The notes under the pieces: generated by a model | Database searches by the model: none | Told to the model about the DNA's origin: nothing | The model's input: the letters and a program-made list of their open reading frames with translations, nothing else | From: Paramoeba atlantica | Lineage: Eukaryota; Protista; Discosea | Direction of reading: 5' to 3' | Length of the DNA: 64,000 bases | Assembly: GCA_977017575.1 (NCBI GenBank) | Contig: CDRNVI010000049.1 | Coordinates: forward strand, 186,001-250,000 | Program-made: the position numbers and the translations under genes | Part shown: piece after piece, positions 51,560-62,989 of the stretch | Layout of the letters: each line of letters begins with the position of its first letter | Numbering within the stretch: position 1 is the first letter of the stretch

Positions 51560-54472
51560 TTACAAATAGTACGGCAATTGTCGCAGTTCCATTCCCACAT
51601 TTGGCTTGGCAGCGGAGGAGGTTCCGTGGAAGAATGCCAACTTGCTTGCGCATTGCAGGACAAAGGGTGCCTTGATGGATCCGGGCCAGTTCGTGTACAT
51701 CCAGCACAGGTGGTAGGACATGTTCTCAATAGCTTGCAAGGACAAACCGCCATCACGGAGCACAAAGTACTTGACCGGTTTCGAGGTAGCCAGGGTGCAG
51801 TCGACAGCGATTTGGGAGAAGGAGTGGGAGCTGTGCTCGACAACATGTCCACGAGGAATGTTGTGCCACTCCACCCGTCCGCCCTTTGATACTGGCGCTG
51901 CGTAGCGATCATGAATACGTTTCTGGACTACCATGAAGGTAAGTTCAACGTTTTTGCTTCCGAGGAATTTTTCACAGTCCGCCATCTCTTCAACGCGCAC
52001 ACGGTCCATCATGCTGTCTCCCACACCGTCGCGGTACACTACAACGCGTCCGACATTGGAACCTTTCACGAGCACCTCGAACACTTCTTCGAGAAATTCC
52101 TTCAATGTAGTCATGCTCATGCGATCCATCACTGGGTTACGTCCGTCAGTCTGCTCACTCGCGGCTCCAGCATTGCGGCGGCTTTCAGTCGATGATCCTC
52201 CCATCATCTTCTGTCGGGACACCTGCATGTCTGTGTTGCACAAATGGCTCCACTTTCGAGTCTCCGCATTGTAGTACCAGGCTACGAAACCAGCGAGGTT
52301 GCGACGTTGATTTTCGAAGGATCCGGATTCACTTGCTTCGCTTTTGCGATCGCTATAGATATCGTAGCCCACGTAGATGGTGCCATTTGCTCCAAGCTCC
52401 GGAACGTTGCTCGGAATATCAACCAGCCACAATGGCGTACCCATCTTAGCAGTCACATTCTTCGCAATGTTGTGAACATAGGGTCCTGCCGTTTTTGCCT
52501 TGCTCATCTTGTCAAAGTCTACGAATTGAGAGACGATGCCCATAGACCCCAGTTCGCTCTTCAACGTGCCGTAGGCATCCTGACCACGTGTGCTGTGGCC
52601 GTTGCTGAGGACGCATAGCACAAGGGCGGGTGTACCTTCCGCCATGGCCTGGCGTACGGCATCGGTTCGCACCGAGTCCAAGCATTTGTCGATAAAGTCG
52701 CGGTCGTCTTCACCACTATCGACGAAGGTAACAGGTCCTTTCGCCTTCCATACGCCACGAATGCGTTCGTTGACATCCATAATTTGACGCACTAAGTCAC
52801 GAGCCTTAGCACCCCAACCAAAGACTTGGTATTCTTTGCGTTCCTCGTTGAACTGAATCCGCATGGTCTGGGGAGCGAAATCTTGATTAGGGCGGAGAGT
52901 CTCTGGAGAGCCAACGATCTGAACTTTGACGGTCTTGATTTCTTTCGGTTGTATGGTTTCCAATGCCGCATTCTTGATCTGAAGGCCGTATCCGCTCAGG
53001 AGCTGTTTCGGTTCCTGTTCATCGAATCTCTTCACCAACTTGATGCACTGATCTTGCATTTCCTCGGGCATCTTGGAGCATCGCGTCGGAAGGAAGCGTC
53101 GTGCTTCAGTGCTTAATTGGTCCACAAGGACGAATTCAGGAATGAGGCGGACGCGGCCGGAGCGCTCACCCCAGATAAGAGGCTGATCCGTCTTTGTAAC
53201 CTCCAACCCATACGTCTCCTTGTAGTAATCCGCATAAGAGATTGTTCGTCCGCTCTTAAGCTCGAAGACGGACTCCACCGTCGTCCCCTTGTCCACTTTG
53301 TAGACCATGTAGTTGCGCTTCCTCGTTCCGTAAGACGTCATCACCTTGAGACCCAGCAGACTGCGCGGCCCGTTCTTGTTGAGGTAGTCCAGCGCAGTTA
53401 CACGTGCTTCCACATGACTTCGAGGATGAACAATGAGAACAACACCGTTGTCTGTCAACTGGAATGTTGCAAAGTAACCAGGTACCACAATCATATCGCG
53501 ATACACACGTTGCCGAGTGAAATCGCAGTATATTTTTCCTGTTCGGCGAAGATCTAATGATTCCAGAATTCGGCATAACACATGATTGTACACTTGCATC
53601 GTTTGTTCCTCATTAGAGCGGGGGTTGAGTTGCACCTTAGTGATGTCTTCCTTGCGTAGTTCCATTGTGGTCTTGAAAGATCCAAGGGAGACTTCACGTG
53701 AAAGCGGTTCTTGCAAATGTTCGGAGATATCCTCAAGGCAATAAAAGTTAGTTCCAGAGATGATCAAATCGAGCTTCTTGAGGTATTCCTTTTCTAAGAC
53801 TTGGCGAAGATATCCGAATAGGAGCTTCTTACGTTGAATTTCGCTGATGTTTTCATTTTTCTCGATGCTGAGGGGATACATGTAGACCTCCGCCTTACTG
53901 ATGGAGACACTGACAGCATTCCACATTACGTCGCGGCATGGTGCACGCTGACGGAGGGCGTCACGTTCGGATGCCATCAAACGACCACGTTCCGTCTTGT
54001 CTTTGTCAGCCCAGAAACGATCCCAACAGCCACTGCAACAGCGTTTATTGGGGACGTCCGCATGCTTTCCTACTCGGCATAACTTACCACAGCTGTCGCA
54101 TTTGGCGTACTCGCTCCCAATGAAGGGCATCATGCTTCCGGTGCCCGGACCACCTCCCATGGGACCGCCCATCGGACGGGGACCACCGGGTGCACCACCC
54201 GGAGGGCCACCTGGTCGTCCTCCAGGAGCTGGGCCACGATCGTCTCTTCGGTAGTTGTCGTTTCGGCGATCATCGCGGCGGTTGTCATCCCGGCGATAGT
54301 CTTGGCGCTGGTCACGCGAGCGATCGTCCCTGCGATAGTCGTCGCGACGGTCATCGCGTCGATAATCATCACGACGGTCATCGCGTCGATAATCATCACG
54401 ACGATCATCGCGCCGATAATCATCGCGCCGGTAATCGTCACGTCGGTAGTCGTCGCGTCGATTGTAACTCAT
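51560..54472 (-). CDS. Argonaute/PIWI-like protein, copy 2 (protein identical to copy 1)
   Basis: Identical 970-aa translation; stop is TAA versus TAG in copy 1. Confidence 0.95.
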   Translation of the reverse strand: MSYNRRDDYRRDDYRRDDYRRDDRRDDYRRDDRRDDYRRDDRRDDYRRDDRSRDQRQDYRRDDNRRDDRRNDNYRRDDRGPAPGGRPGGPPGGAPGGPRPMGGPMGGGPGTGSMMPFIGSEYAKCDSCGKLCRVGKHADVPNKRCCSGCWDRFWADKDKTERGRLMASERDALRQRAPCRDVMWNAVSVSISKAEVYMYPLSIEKNENISEIQRKKLLFGYLRQVLEKEYLKKLDLIISGTNFYCLEDISEHLQEPLSREVSLGSFKTTMELRKEDITKVQLNPRSNEEQTMQVYNHVLCRILESLDLRRTGKIYCDFTRQRVYRDMIVVPGYFATFQLTDNGVVLIVHPRSHVEARVTALDYLNKNGPRSLLGLKVMTSYGTRKRNYMVYKVDKGTTVESVFELKSGRTISYADYYKETYGLEVTKTDQPLIWGERSGRVRLIPEFVLVDQLSTEARRFLPTRCSKMPEEMQDQCIKLVKRFDEQEPKQLLSGYGLQIKNAALETIQPKEIKTVKVQIVGSPETLRPNQDFAPQTMRIQFNEERKEYQVFGWGAKARDLVRQIMDVNERIRGVWKAKGPVTFVDSGEDDRDFIDKCLDSVRTDAVRQAMAEGTPALVLCVLSNGHSTRGQDAYGTLKSELGSMGIVSQFVDFDKMSKAKTAGPYVHNIAKNVTAKMGTPLWLVDIPSNVPELGANGTIYVGYDIYSDRKSEASESGSFENQRRNLAGFVAWYYNAETRKWSHLCNTDMQVSRQKMMGGSSTESRRNAGAASEQTDGRNPVMDRMSMTTLKEFLEEVFEVLVKGSNVGRVVVYRDGVGDSMMDRVRVEEMADCEKFLGSKNVELTFMVVQKRIHDRYAAPVSKGGRVEWHNIPRGHVVEHSSHSFSQIAVDCTLATSKPVKYFVLRDGGLSLQAIENMSYHLCWMYTNWPGSIKAPFVLQCASKLAFFHGTSSAAKPNVGMELRQLPYYL

Positions 54473-55200
54473 AGAATTCGTTAAAAGTAGTTAAATTTTC
54501 AGGTTCTTTTTTTTCGGAGTTTTTCAGGTACACGACTTTTCCGTTGTATGTCCTTGTTGTATGTGACATACAACAATTAGGACATAATGTCCGAGAAACG
54601 ACTTATTGATGTTTCATGTGATTAAACAGAGAAACTATGGGAGACTTTTATACATTCAGCGAATTGTGGGTTAAGTTGTTTCATATCAGCGAATCACTAC
54701 AAGAGTAATCATCATGTAATTTTCTGGAGATACGTGGAAACAGTGTTTCATTGTGACAACCGGTCATCTACAGACTCTCCATTTCATTTTTATCCCCCCA
54801 GACCCTTTTCTCGAGCCAGAAATCCTTCGGAGGTTTCACCTGCTTCGGATTCCGCTTCGCCGATTTTAAGTTCTTCAATCGAGACTTCCCCAAGTCAACG
54901 AGCTCGTATTGCAATCCCTGGACATAGCTACAATAATAATTTTTGTAATAATAATTGGTTAAAAGTAGCTAAGAAGAAAGAAATTAGTGACAAAGTTTAT
55001 TGAAATTGTTCATGAGACGAAACCACAGGACCATTTGACGCTGAGTGAGCCGGCATAAAATATGGGAAATACATGTATGTATAGACCATGAGGCTGGTAT
55101 AGAAGGACGAGTGTGCACTGTTTGGATGTAGTGCGTGAGTTTTTATTGTAGTGGCATGGGCGAAATGAATCTTCGGGAAATGTACAGAAGTTCCATGCAG

Positions 55201-57156
55201 TTATTCGACCCATCCCGTTAGCCACGTTAATGAATCACTTTGTGATGAAACTGAAGGTTCATCAGAACCGCTTCGTGTTGCATCATCAGAAAGCTTTCGA
55301 TTAGGAGCTTGTGACGGTTCTTTTTTAAGCAAAGGAGGCGGAACGACATGATTAAATCCCTTTAAGATTTCTGGGTGCCAGGGCAACTGTGATGTTGCTA
55401 TGCGTCGACGATTAATGGGAAAAGGGAGGCCATGAGTTGATTGGCCTATACTTGTGTCATTCCTGGGAGAATGAGATTCTGTGATTCCTGATTCTTTTGA
55501 AACTTGCGCAGAATTAAACTTTTCCCAATTAAGGTAAGATCCTGCGCTCCATTGTCTAGTGAATAGATCATCACTAAAAGACAAGTTAAACGAGTTGGTA
55601 GTTTGACATGTATGTGATTCAGGTGGGTAGAAGTCAGCGGTGTCTGGATAAGTGTCGATGGGACCCAAACAGTGAATGTCTAGCTCCAGACAAGGATTCA
55701 CGTGTTGTTCTGGTGGCGTACTGACTTCGACCCCGTCTTCACTGACAAGAAAGGTACAATTTTGTAACACAGAAGAGCTTGTATCCTGTTCGCTAGAATC
55801 TTTGGGAATGGATCTGTCTGCTTCGGTACAAGGTAACAGCTGTGTGCGAACAGGATCTGGTAAGCACTCGGGATATGTTACATAGCGTGCTAGCGTTGGA
55901 TCCAATTTTATAATATATCGATACATAGAATGATCAATGGACTCTGGAGCAAGCACACAGTTCCTACCGCCGCCCGATACATTATTACTATTACCGTTTA
56001 AGACGTCCAAAGCGCCCAGAGTTTCTTGTCTTTTGAGTTGCAGGGAGGTATGTATTCCCTTTGACTTCAGATAGTTACCTTCTGATTCCATGTTTTTGAA
56101 TGCTCGATTCAACAAAGGGTCTTGGCGTTTCGCATAACTCTCAAAGAAAAGGAGTACATGAAGCACTACCATAGTATATTGACAATGTAACGCAAGAAGA
56201 CGTAGCCCATTGATTTCTTGTGAAGAATATCGAAGCCAAGTTCGATGTTGAAGTTCAACTTCCTGAGACCATAGAAAATGCTGCAACTCCCCAATAATAG
56301 CTTCGAAAATATCTGGCCTTGTAAAAACAGAACCACTTTTGTTCGCCGTCAAAACCTGGTCTAGGTCCAAAAACCGATACGCAGTTTCAAACGCTGCGTT
56401 GCTGGTTATTCTAGAACACAGGTCGATACATAAAGACGGATCCGAGCCTATTAGTGCGCTGATAATTTCAAAGCTAATGCAGTAGATTGTTTGATCACCA
56501 ATCCACTCCATTCGGTCGAACGCATGACGCTCGTCATCGTAGCTCACGGAAAAGTTAAGGATACCGTAGCGAATGAGGAGGCTCAACGCTTTTCGAAGGT
56601 TCAAACCAGTGAGAACAAGGTCTGTAGGATCGCATAAATCGGGAATGAGCGGAAAAGGTGATGCAGTAGTGCAGCGCCTTTCGGATGATACATGACAATA
56701 AAGATTTACTGGATATCTACCAAAAGCGAGGAAAGCCCATCTACGTAGAACGCTCTCTCTGCGATGATACGGATATAGTGATAAGAAAGTTTTATACATT
56801 ATACGAGATGTATCGTGTCCTCCAGTTGTCAGATGCTCTCTCAAACCTTTATCTGCCATTGAGTTGCACATCCAACACCAATCTCGTTCAGATTCGTACC
56901 AGAATTCCTTCGAAAAAAAGTAGCAATCAGGGTGCGGATAGGCTTCAAGAAAATCCTCTATGAAAACTTTACCATCAATTGATCTTCTGTCATCAAATTT
57001 AGAACTCGTTGTATCTGTTCTTGTGTAAGGCTGAGATTCACAATTTCCATCAATTGAAAAATTGTTTCGCTTACCTTCAGCGAAAGGAGAATTTCGATTA
57101 TCACTCTTTTCTTCAAGCTTAGAAGCCAGCAGCCCTCTCGAAGTGCTGAGTAACAT
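55201..57156 (-). CDS. U1-like ZnF + RNase III protein (mRPN1/KREN-related)
   Basis: WCWMC...REHLTTGGH (C2H2); RNase III signature FDRMEWIGDQ and PDIFEAIIGEL. Likely start MLLSTSRGLL at 57156; the ORF extends upstream to 57384. Confidence 0.7.
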   Translation of the reverse strand: MLLSTSRGLLASKLEEKSDNRNSPFAEGKRNNFSIDGNCESQPYTRTDTTSSKFDDRRSIDGKVFIEDFLEAYPHPDCYFFSKEFWYESERDWCWMCNSMADKGLREHLTTGGHDTSRIMYKTFLSLYPYHRRESVLRRWAFLAFGRYPVNLYCHVSSERRCTTASPFPLIPDLCDPTDLVLTGLNLRKALSLLIRYGILNFSVSYDDERHAFDRMEWIGDQTIYCISFEIISALIGSDPSLCIDLCSRITSNAAFETAYRFLDLDQVLTANKSGSVFTRPDIFEAIIGELQHFLWSQEVELQHRTWLRYSSQEINGLRLLALHCQYTMVVLHVLLFFESYAKRQDPLLNRAFKNMESEGNYLKSKGIHTSLQLKRQETLGALDVLNGNSNNVSGGGRNCVLAPESIDHSMYRYIIKLDPTLARYVTYPECLPDPVRTQLLPCTEADRSIPKDSSEQDTSSSVLQNCTFLVSEDGVEVSTPPEQHVNPCLELDIHCLGPIDTYPDTADFYPPESHTCQTTNSFNLSFSDDLFTRQWSAGSYLNWEKFNSAQVSKESGITESHSPRNDTSIGQSTHGLPFPINRRRIATSQLPWHPEILKGFNHVVPPPLLKKEPSQAPNRKLSDDATRSGSDEPSVSSQSDSLTWLTGWVE

Positions 57157-57887
57157 TTCTCGTAACGCCGAATTTGAAGACAAAGAAACTGAGTAAGAAG
57201 GGACAGGAGAATTTATAAAGTGACAAGGTTGGGCAACATTACTGTCGTCCTGCACCCCGGAAATATGTGTGGAATATCGAATTCGTCTGGTATCAAAAAT
57301 ATAGCTCACTTCAAAAGGCACCAGAAAACATATTCGGTTTCTAATGGCGGCTTGATAAGCCCATGACTGCACCGTCAACTTCATTTCTTAAAATCGAGTC
57401 TGTAGAGTCTGGAAACGAGTTGCCAAAGGATCATTTTTTGAAGGTTTAGCTCTGGCAACTTTTGTACGTGAACGTGCTTACATACCTCAAACTTTCGCTT
57501 ACGTGCATCAAACTTTGCAAAACGGATAAAGACAGCTATTCGAACAGTTCTTTCGATATTGCGGGATCGATATTGCACGTACGATATCTTATATTGTACA
57601 CATATTAAAAAAATGGCCTGTTGTATACCTACAGTGCCGGTTTCATTCTCAAAATACATCGAAACACATGTTTCGGCATTGTGCGATATTGACTGCATTA
57701 GTAATATACAGGTATACTTATGCAGGTGTATATTCGTACATGTGAATTTACACATTTTGCGGAACATATTTACAATTTACGAAACAAATATCCTGACGTT
57801 GCTGAAGTTCTAGATTAGAAGTTTGGTCGTTGTGTGATAGTGAAAATGTGCATTTTCATTGGCAACACGAAAGTGAACTCAGATGAA

Positions 57888-58985
57888 TTAATAATCCGTC
57901 CTCCTTAAGTCACTACCTTCGCTGAGGAAGAGCTCTCCGACACATGAAATTTTGTTATCCCTCCACGTACCCGTAAATCGAGTTCCATCGGGAAGCGTCA
58001 CTGTGGCCTTCCCTTCCTTGCACCCCTTCACCCATTCACCGTCATAGACGCTGCCATCGGGGAGGTACAGCTTCCCACTTCCATGTCTTAACTCGTCCTT
58101 ACACTGCCCCTCATATCGAGCCTTGTTGTTATACACCGTGACCCCTTTGCCATAAGGTGCATCATCGCGCCACTCCCCTTCATAGCGGTTGCCGTTCGCG
58201 TAGCGCAACACGCCGCGGCCATGCTTTTTCCCCTCGACCCAGTTTCCGCGGTAGGTATCCCCCTCCGCGTAGGCAAGCGTTCCAGTGCCATGAGCCTTGT
58301 CCTCCCGCCACTCCCCTTCGTAGCGCTGTCCGTTGGCATAGAACAACGTCCCGGTACCGTGCTTGGCATCCGCACGCCACTCCCCCTCATAGACGTTTCC
58401 GTTCGGAAACCGGTACACCCCCTTCCCCTGCATCTTATCCTCCACCCAATCCCCATCATAGACCCCACCATCGGCGTAGTGATAAACTCCACGACCATGC
58501 ATCTTTCCCTCTCGCCACATCCCCTCATAGTACTCCACAACTGTCCCCGCACGGGTACTACCACCACCACCGCGGCTGCCATAACTCACCTTCCCCTTTC
58601 CATGTCTCTTATCCTCCCGCCACTCCCCCTCATACCGGTCCCCGTTCGCGTAGAGGTAGCTCCCGGTGCCGTGCATCTTCCCGTCCCGCCACTCCCCCTC
58701 ATAGACATCCCCGTCGGCGTGCTCGAGTGTGCCGTTGCCGTTAATCCGGCCAAAGACCCAGGTTCCGGAGTACCGATTGCCGCTGGCGTAGCGACACACC
58801 CCGGTGCCATGGACTTTGTCCTCGACCCAGTCCCCGGTGTAGACGGAGCCGTCGGCGTACTCGTACCGGCCGTTGCCGTGACGCTTGCCGTAGACCCACT
58901 GGCCGTTGTACTTTTCCTTGTTCGGGTAGACCAGACACCCGGAGCCGTGCATCTGACCGTTTTCAATCTCCCCTTGGTAGTGCAT
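57888..58985 (-). CDS. MORN1: MORN-repeat protein, MORN1 orthologue-like
   Basis: About 15 tandem YxGxWxxGxxHGxG repeats; N-terminus MHYQGEIENGQMHGSGCLVYPNKEKY resembles TbMORN1. Confidence 0.88.
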   Translation of the reverse strand: MHYQGEIENGQMHGSGCLVYPNKEKYNGQWVYGKRHGNGRYEYADGSVYTGDWVEDKVHGTGVCRYASGNRYSGTWVFGRINGNGTLEHADGDVYEGEWRDGKMHGTGSYLYANGDRYEGEWREDKRHGKGKVSYGSRGGGGSTRAGTVVEYYEGMWREGKMHGRGVYHYADGGVYDGDWVEDKMQGKGVYRFPNGNVYEGEWRADAKHGTGTLFYANGQRYEGEWREDKAHGTGTLAYAEGDTYRGNWVEGKKHGRGVLRYANGNRYEGEWRDDAPYGKGVTVYNNKARYEGQCKDELRHGSGKLYLPDGSVYDGEWVKGCKEGKATVTLPDGTRFTGTWRDNKISCVGELFLSEGSDLRRTDY

Positions 58986-59273
58986 GCGAAATGGGGAGGG
59001 TTGTAGGGGATGAGAAAGAACTTGAATGAGAAGAGGGTAAAGGGGTCATTTGCAAAGGTAAAGGATGGAGGGTATATACAATATACATGTATGTAAGTTG
59101 GAGAAAAGTGATAGTGACAAATCAAATGAAGAGATATGCTTTCTTTAATGCTGGATGGTTACGCATAGCAAACAAAAATGAGCCAGCCTGCCTTATGATA
59201 GGAACATAGAAAAGAGGCCGTCGTTAAAATCATTGTTACTAAGTGGAGGCGAAACGTGTTTTAAGGCACCTAA

Positions 59274-60521
59274 TCATGTGGATGGATGAGCCTTCAGAAC
59301 CCCGTCTTGCAAAGCAAAAGGAGAATCTTGAAAAATCGTTTCTGATTTATGCTCTGACTTTGGTGTTTTGATTTGCGTCACTTTTTTCGAAGCTTGATTT
59401 TGCTGTTCACGGTTATAGTCCATTATACGGCGGAGCAACTTGGACAGCATTTCGGTCCAGTTAAAATCCTTTGTTGTGTAGTCCACAAATTTACCCTCAG
59501 GATCCATTAGGTAGTGAATAATGCTGTGATCAACAAGGTAATCAGTGGGACTTGTGCTTTCATCCGAAATAGAAAAATAGACACGATAGGCTCTTGCTAC
59601 TCTTTCAATGTCTTCTAAATTCCCAGTCAACGCCAATATACGTGGATGGAAGTCGCTGATATATTCTTTTAGTACATCAGGTGTGTCTCGTTCAGGATCT
59701 ACCGTAATAAATACAGGCTGCCATATTTCTTTTCCGATCTTTTTATCGAGTTGAGTAATCATGCGGGTCAGTTTCTGCATCTCGTTCGGACATATGTCTG
59801 GACAGTTCGAGAAGCCAAAATAGATGTACAGCCATTTCCCCCTGAGATCTGTGTCCTTAACTATTTTTCCGTTCGTATCAATCAATTCAAACGGACCCCC
59901 TATAGAAGGACCTCCTGGTTGATCAAAGGTTCGTATTTGTCGAATTCGTGGATCAAATCTACGGCGTTCGTTACGTAAACGAAAGCACACTATAACATAT
60001 CCCACTGTGGCAGCAAGAAAAAGGAGTGCATAGAGCATCCAAATAGGATTATCGGTAAACTCGTCCAATGCAGTGAAGATTTTTTGTACTGATGTCTTCA
60101 TTGCACTGTCCTCTCGGTCAAGGTATTCTTGCAAAGTATACACCGTGTAGGGCCTATCCTGTACAGAACCTTTTTGTGCATCATATAGCTCCAATTCATC
60201 GTCCCCGGCATCTGTGCGCCGTGCCCATCGTACGGAAGTTCTCCACAGGGAAAAAGACGCGAAATGGGGCCTGTATCGGCCTGGCACCTCACCAGAGGAT
60301 TGCGTCAAGATCTGTGGGGTGTGAGATCTAAAAGAGAAATTAGCAGGGGTAGATGAATATACACGATCTTTCAACTTGCCGTAACTCAAACCAAAAAGTA
60401 AATTTCGTTTGCTTACGGAAGTTGAGCATCCTTTCTTGAAAGCTTTGTCTACAAAACAGATCCCATCAGACTGACCACACTGCCCATTAGGAAGGCCAGA
60501 TCTTCTAGCAAGAAGATTCAT
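59274..60521 (-). CDS. SCO1: Cytochrome c oxidase assembly protein SCO1/SenC
   Basis: TM helix, IGGPFELID, FGFSNCPDIC (CxxxC), DYLVDHS. Likely start MNLLARRS at 60521. Confidence 0.92.
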   Translation of the reverse strand: MNLLARRSGLPNGQCGQSDGICFVDKAFKKGCSTSVSKRNLLFGLSYGKLKDRVYSSTPANFSFRSHTPQILTQSSGEVPGRYRPHFASFSLWRTSVRWARRTDAGDDELELYDAQKGSVQDRPYTVYTLQEYLDREDSAMKTSVQKIFTALDEFTDNPIWMLYALLFLAATVGYVIVCFRLRNERRRFDPRIRQIRTFDQPGGPSIGGPFELIDTNGKIVKDTDLRGKWLYIYFGFSNCPDICPNEMQKLTRMITQLDKKIGKEIWQPVFITVDPERDTPDVLKEYISDFHPRILALTGNLEDIERVARAYRVYFSISDESTSPTDYLVDHSIIHYLMDPEGKFVDYTTKDFNWTEMLSKLLRRIMDYNREQQNQASKKVTQIKTPKSEHKSETIFQDSPFALQDGVLKAHPST

Positions 60522-60789
60522 CTTATGGGAACACCAAATATTATGGCAACGCTGTATTAAGACATTACTGTAAACAACCGCAACAGGAAAGTGATAAAAG
60601 GCTAAGAAAAAAAGAAATAGCATAATTTTAACAAAAAAAATCCAATATTTCAAAAAATTAGGAGTTTTTTATCAAATATAGTTTCTTATTTTTTGAATAT
60701 ATCCAATCCTCACATGATGTGCGGGAACCAAGTGTCGCGCAACGTACTTCAAAAACAGAACAATACATTTTGTTCACTACATAAAGAGC

Positions 60790-61740
60790 ACTTTTTTTTC
60801 CTTCAGCCCCCGAGCCCATTAGCGCACGCCCCTACGGTACCAATTTTGTACCGCGGCATGCGCTATCTGGGCGTTCCCCTTTTGGATGGCTACCCCGATT
60901 GCCATGATAAAGTGGCTGAGGCAACCATTCTTCTCGCCTGTGGCCTTCCGAGCGACCAGATTTAGAAACTGGGGGGTCTCGGGGACGGGGACACCGTACG
61001 TGGTGAAGGCCAGCGGGAAGAAATCCATCTTCCTGGCCCCCGCCATTTCTTCGTGAGTACGCCTTTTGAGGCGTTCGGCCTGTCTCACGGTGAAGGAGGG
61101 GTCTGCTGCCTCCTTGTCCACATAAGACTGTGCCAGTGGGTTCACCACCGTCACGTCTACGAGGACGAGCTTCCGCCCCAAAAGGAAACAGATGTCCGGT
61201 CCCCGCCCGTTGTCGAACCTAGGTTCGACTAGGTCCGGGGAGAATCCGTACTGGGTCAGTAGGTTCCTGAAGGTTTCCTTAACCCCCTTATGGCGAGAGG
61301 CCTGTGTCTTGCCACGAAACTTTTTGCAATCCGTGGCATGGACGCAGAAATCCTCGTTTTTGAGGGCTGCGCCACACACACATTGGATCTCAGGTTCGGA
61401 GGTGGGGGCCACCATGTACCGGAGCCTAGCGGCGGTCTCCTATTCGGGATCCCGCATGTAGTACTCCGGCCTGTTCGGCCACGCGTTCATCCACTTGGTG
61501 GAGTGGGTGTTCTGGATCTGTCGCATGCAGACCAGATGCGTGGCCGACGGTGCCTTGTCCATAGCCGCCGCCCCATAAGCGCGTCGCTGCTCCCTGGCTG
61601 GGGTGCCAGGGGATCGGCCTTGTAAGGCCTTGACGGCTTTGGCCTGCATGTCCTCCGCCTTGTCTTCGAAGGGGATGGTGCCCAGGAAGTCCGCCGTAAA
61701 AAGTTTGTTTGCGAACGGCGTCGTTCCTATTGCACCCATC
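60790..61740 (-). mobile_element. 5'-truncated CRE/SLACS-like retroposon (REL endonuclease), paralogue of 6793-8210
   Basis: CVCGA...HATDC, GPDICF...LVDVTVVNP, FFPLAFTTYG; short A tail at ~60790; one TAG stop. Confidence 0.85.
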
Positions 61741-62989
61741 CCCCCTATAGTTTATAGTGTTTCAAGAAAATGTGTAGTACTATTAACCTCGTTTATAGTA
61801 CTATAAACACTATGTAGTACTATAAAAACTATATGGTGTTTATCAGTGTTTCATGTCCAGAAAGGCGCGCGGTAGACAGATCGGTCGATGGACCTGGAGG
61901 AATTTCGCGGGGCAGGAGAGAGCCGATGGAGGTGTAGAGGCTTAGAGGGGTCACGTGATGTCAGGTGGAGCAAGTGGTGTGGATACGCTGACGCGTAGAA
62001 AAACGTGAAAAGAGTTGTAGTTTTTGTGCAGAAATGGAAAAAGACGGGATCCTATAGCTCACAACACGCATTACAGTTGTCCTTCAACGAGTTCCCGTTA
62101 GATCACTCGTTGAATCCTAGACGTGGCGTATTCAATGGCAAGATAAAACACAAAAACACATCGCAGAGCCTGCAAGATTCAATATCTGCAAAATTCATAA
62201 TCTTTTGAAGAAATTTGAAGAATCACTTACCCGCTATTTCACATTTACACATTATATTTCGGCAGGAAAGGCGACCTAAAAAGACAAGGCGTTTGGGCTG
62301 GAACACATCTGAAATTAAAGTAGGCGGACTTCCCCATCGACCTCAACGAAGTGTGAAACCACGACGCTTGTTGAGCATAATGATGAGAAAAATAGTGAGA
62401 AATCTTTCAAGAAAACGGGAGGGATAAAAATAAATTGCGTCGAGTCGGCATTTCAAGCAAAACGTTCAGAAAAAATTTACTAAGAAAAATAGTAAAAAAT
62501 ATAGTTTTTATATATAGTGTTTCAAAGTTTATAGTACTATAATAGTACTATAAAATAGTTTTTGTAGTTTTACGGACCTCTGGATGAAACCATTCAGGTT
62601 CGGGGTCGGTTCGCCTGGGTTCGCCTGGCGCAATCTATTCCCCTTCTACTAATTCTTATTTATTACTTTTTTATTAATTCGTCCTTTTTATTCGTTTTTC
62701 TGTTTTTTAATGTATGTATTGAATACATACCTTATTCTAATATATCTATCATATTAAATGTTGCAAGACAGCGACAACTGCAACATCATTAAGGAACTGT
62801 ACGGAGTTCCTATTGATGGGACTATTCTTCTTGAAGCATTAGTGCTCATGTCACAGGCTCGTGATACAGGGCTATTGTTTCATGAAAATGCGTCCAAAAC
62901 GTCGCTTTGTCGGGTGAAGGAGAAGAATCTTACAAACACTTGCATGCATCCGTACCATCACCGGTACCTCCGACCCCTTTTTATAACAA

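Noticed and set aside
57381-57813. ORFs between the RNase III gene and MORN1
   Set aside because: AT-rich UTR-like composition, non-ATG starts and no motifs.
58088-59125. Long alternative-frame and antisense ORFs over MORN1 (also over MCM5, nicotinamidase and Argonaute)
   Set aside because: Expected shadows of GC-rich or repetitive real genes.
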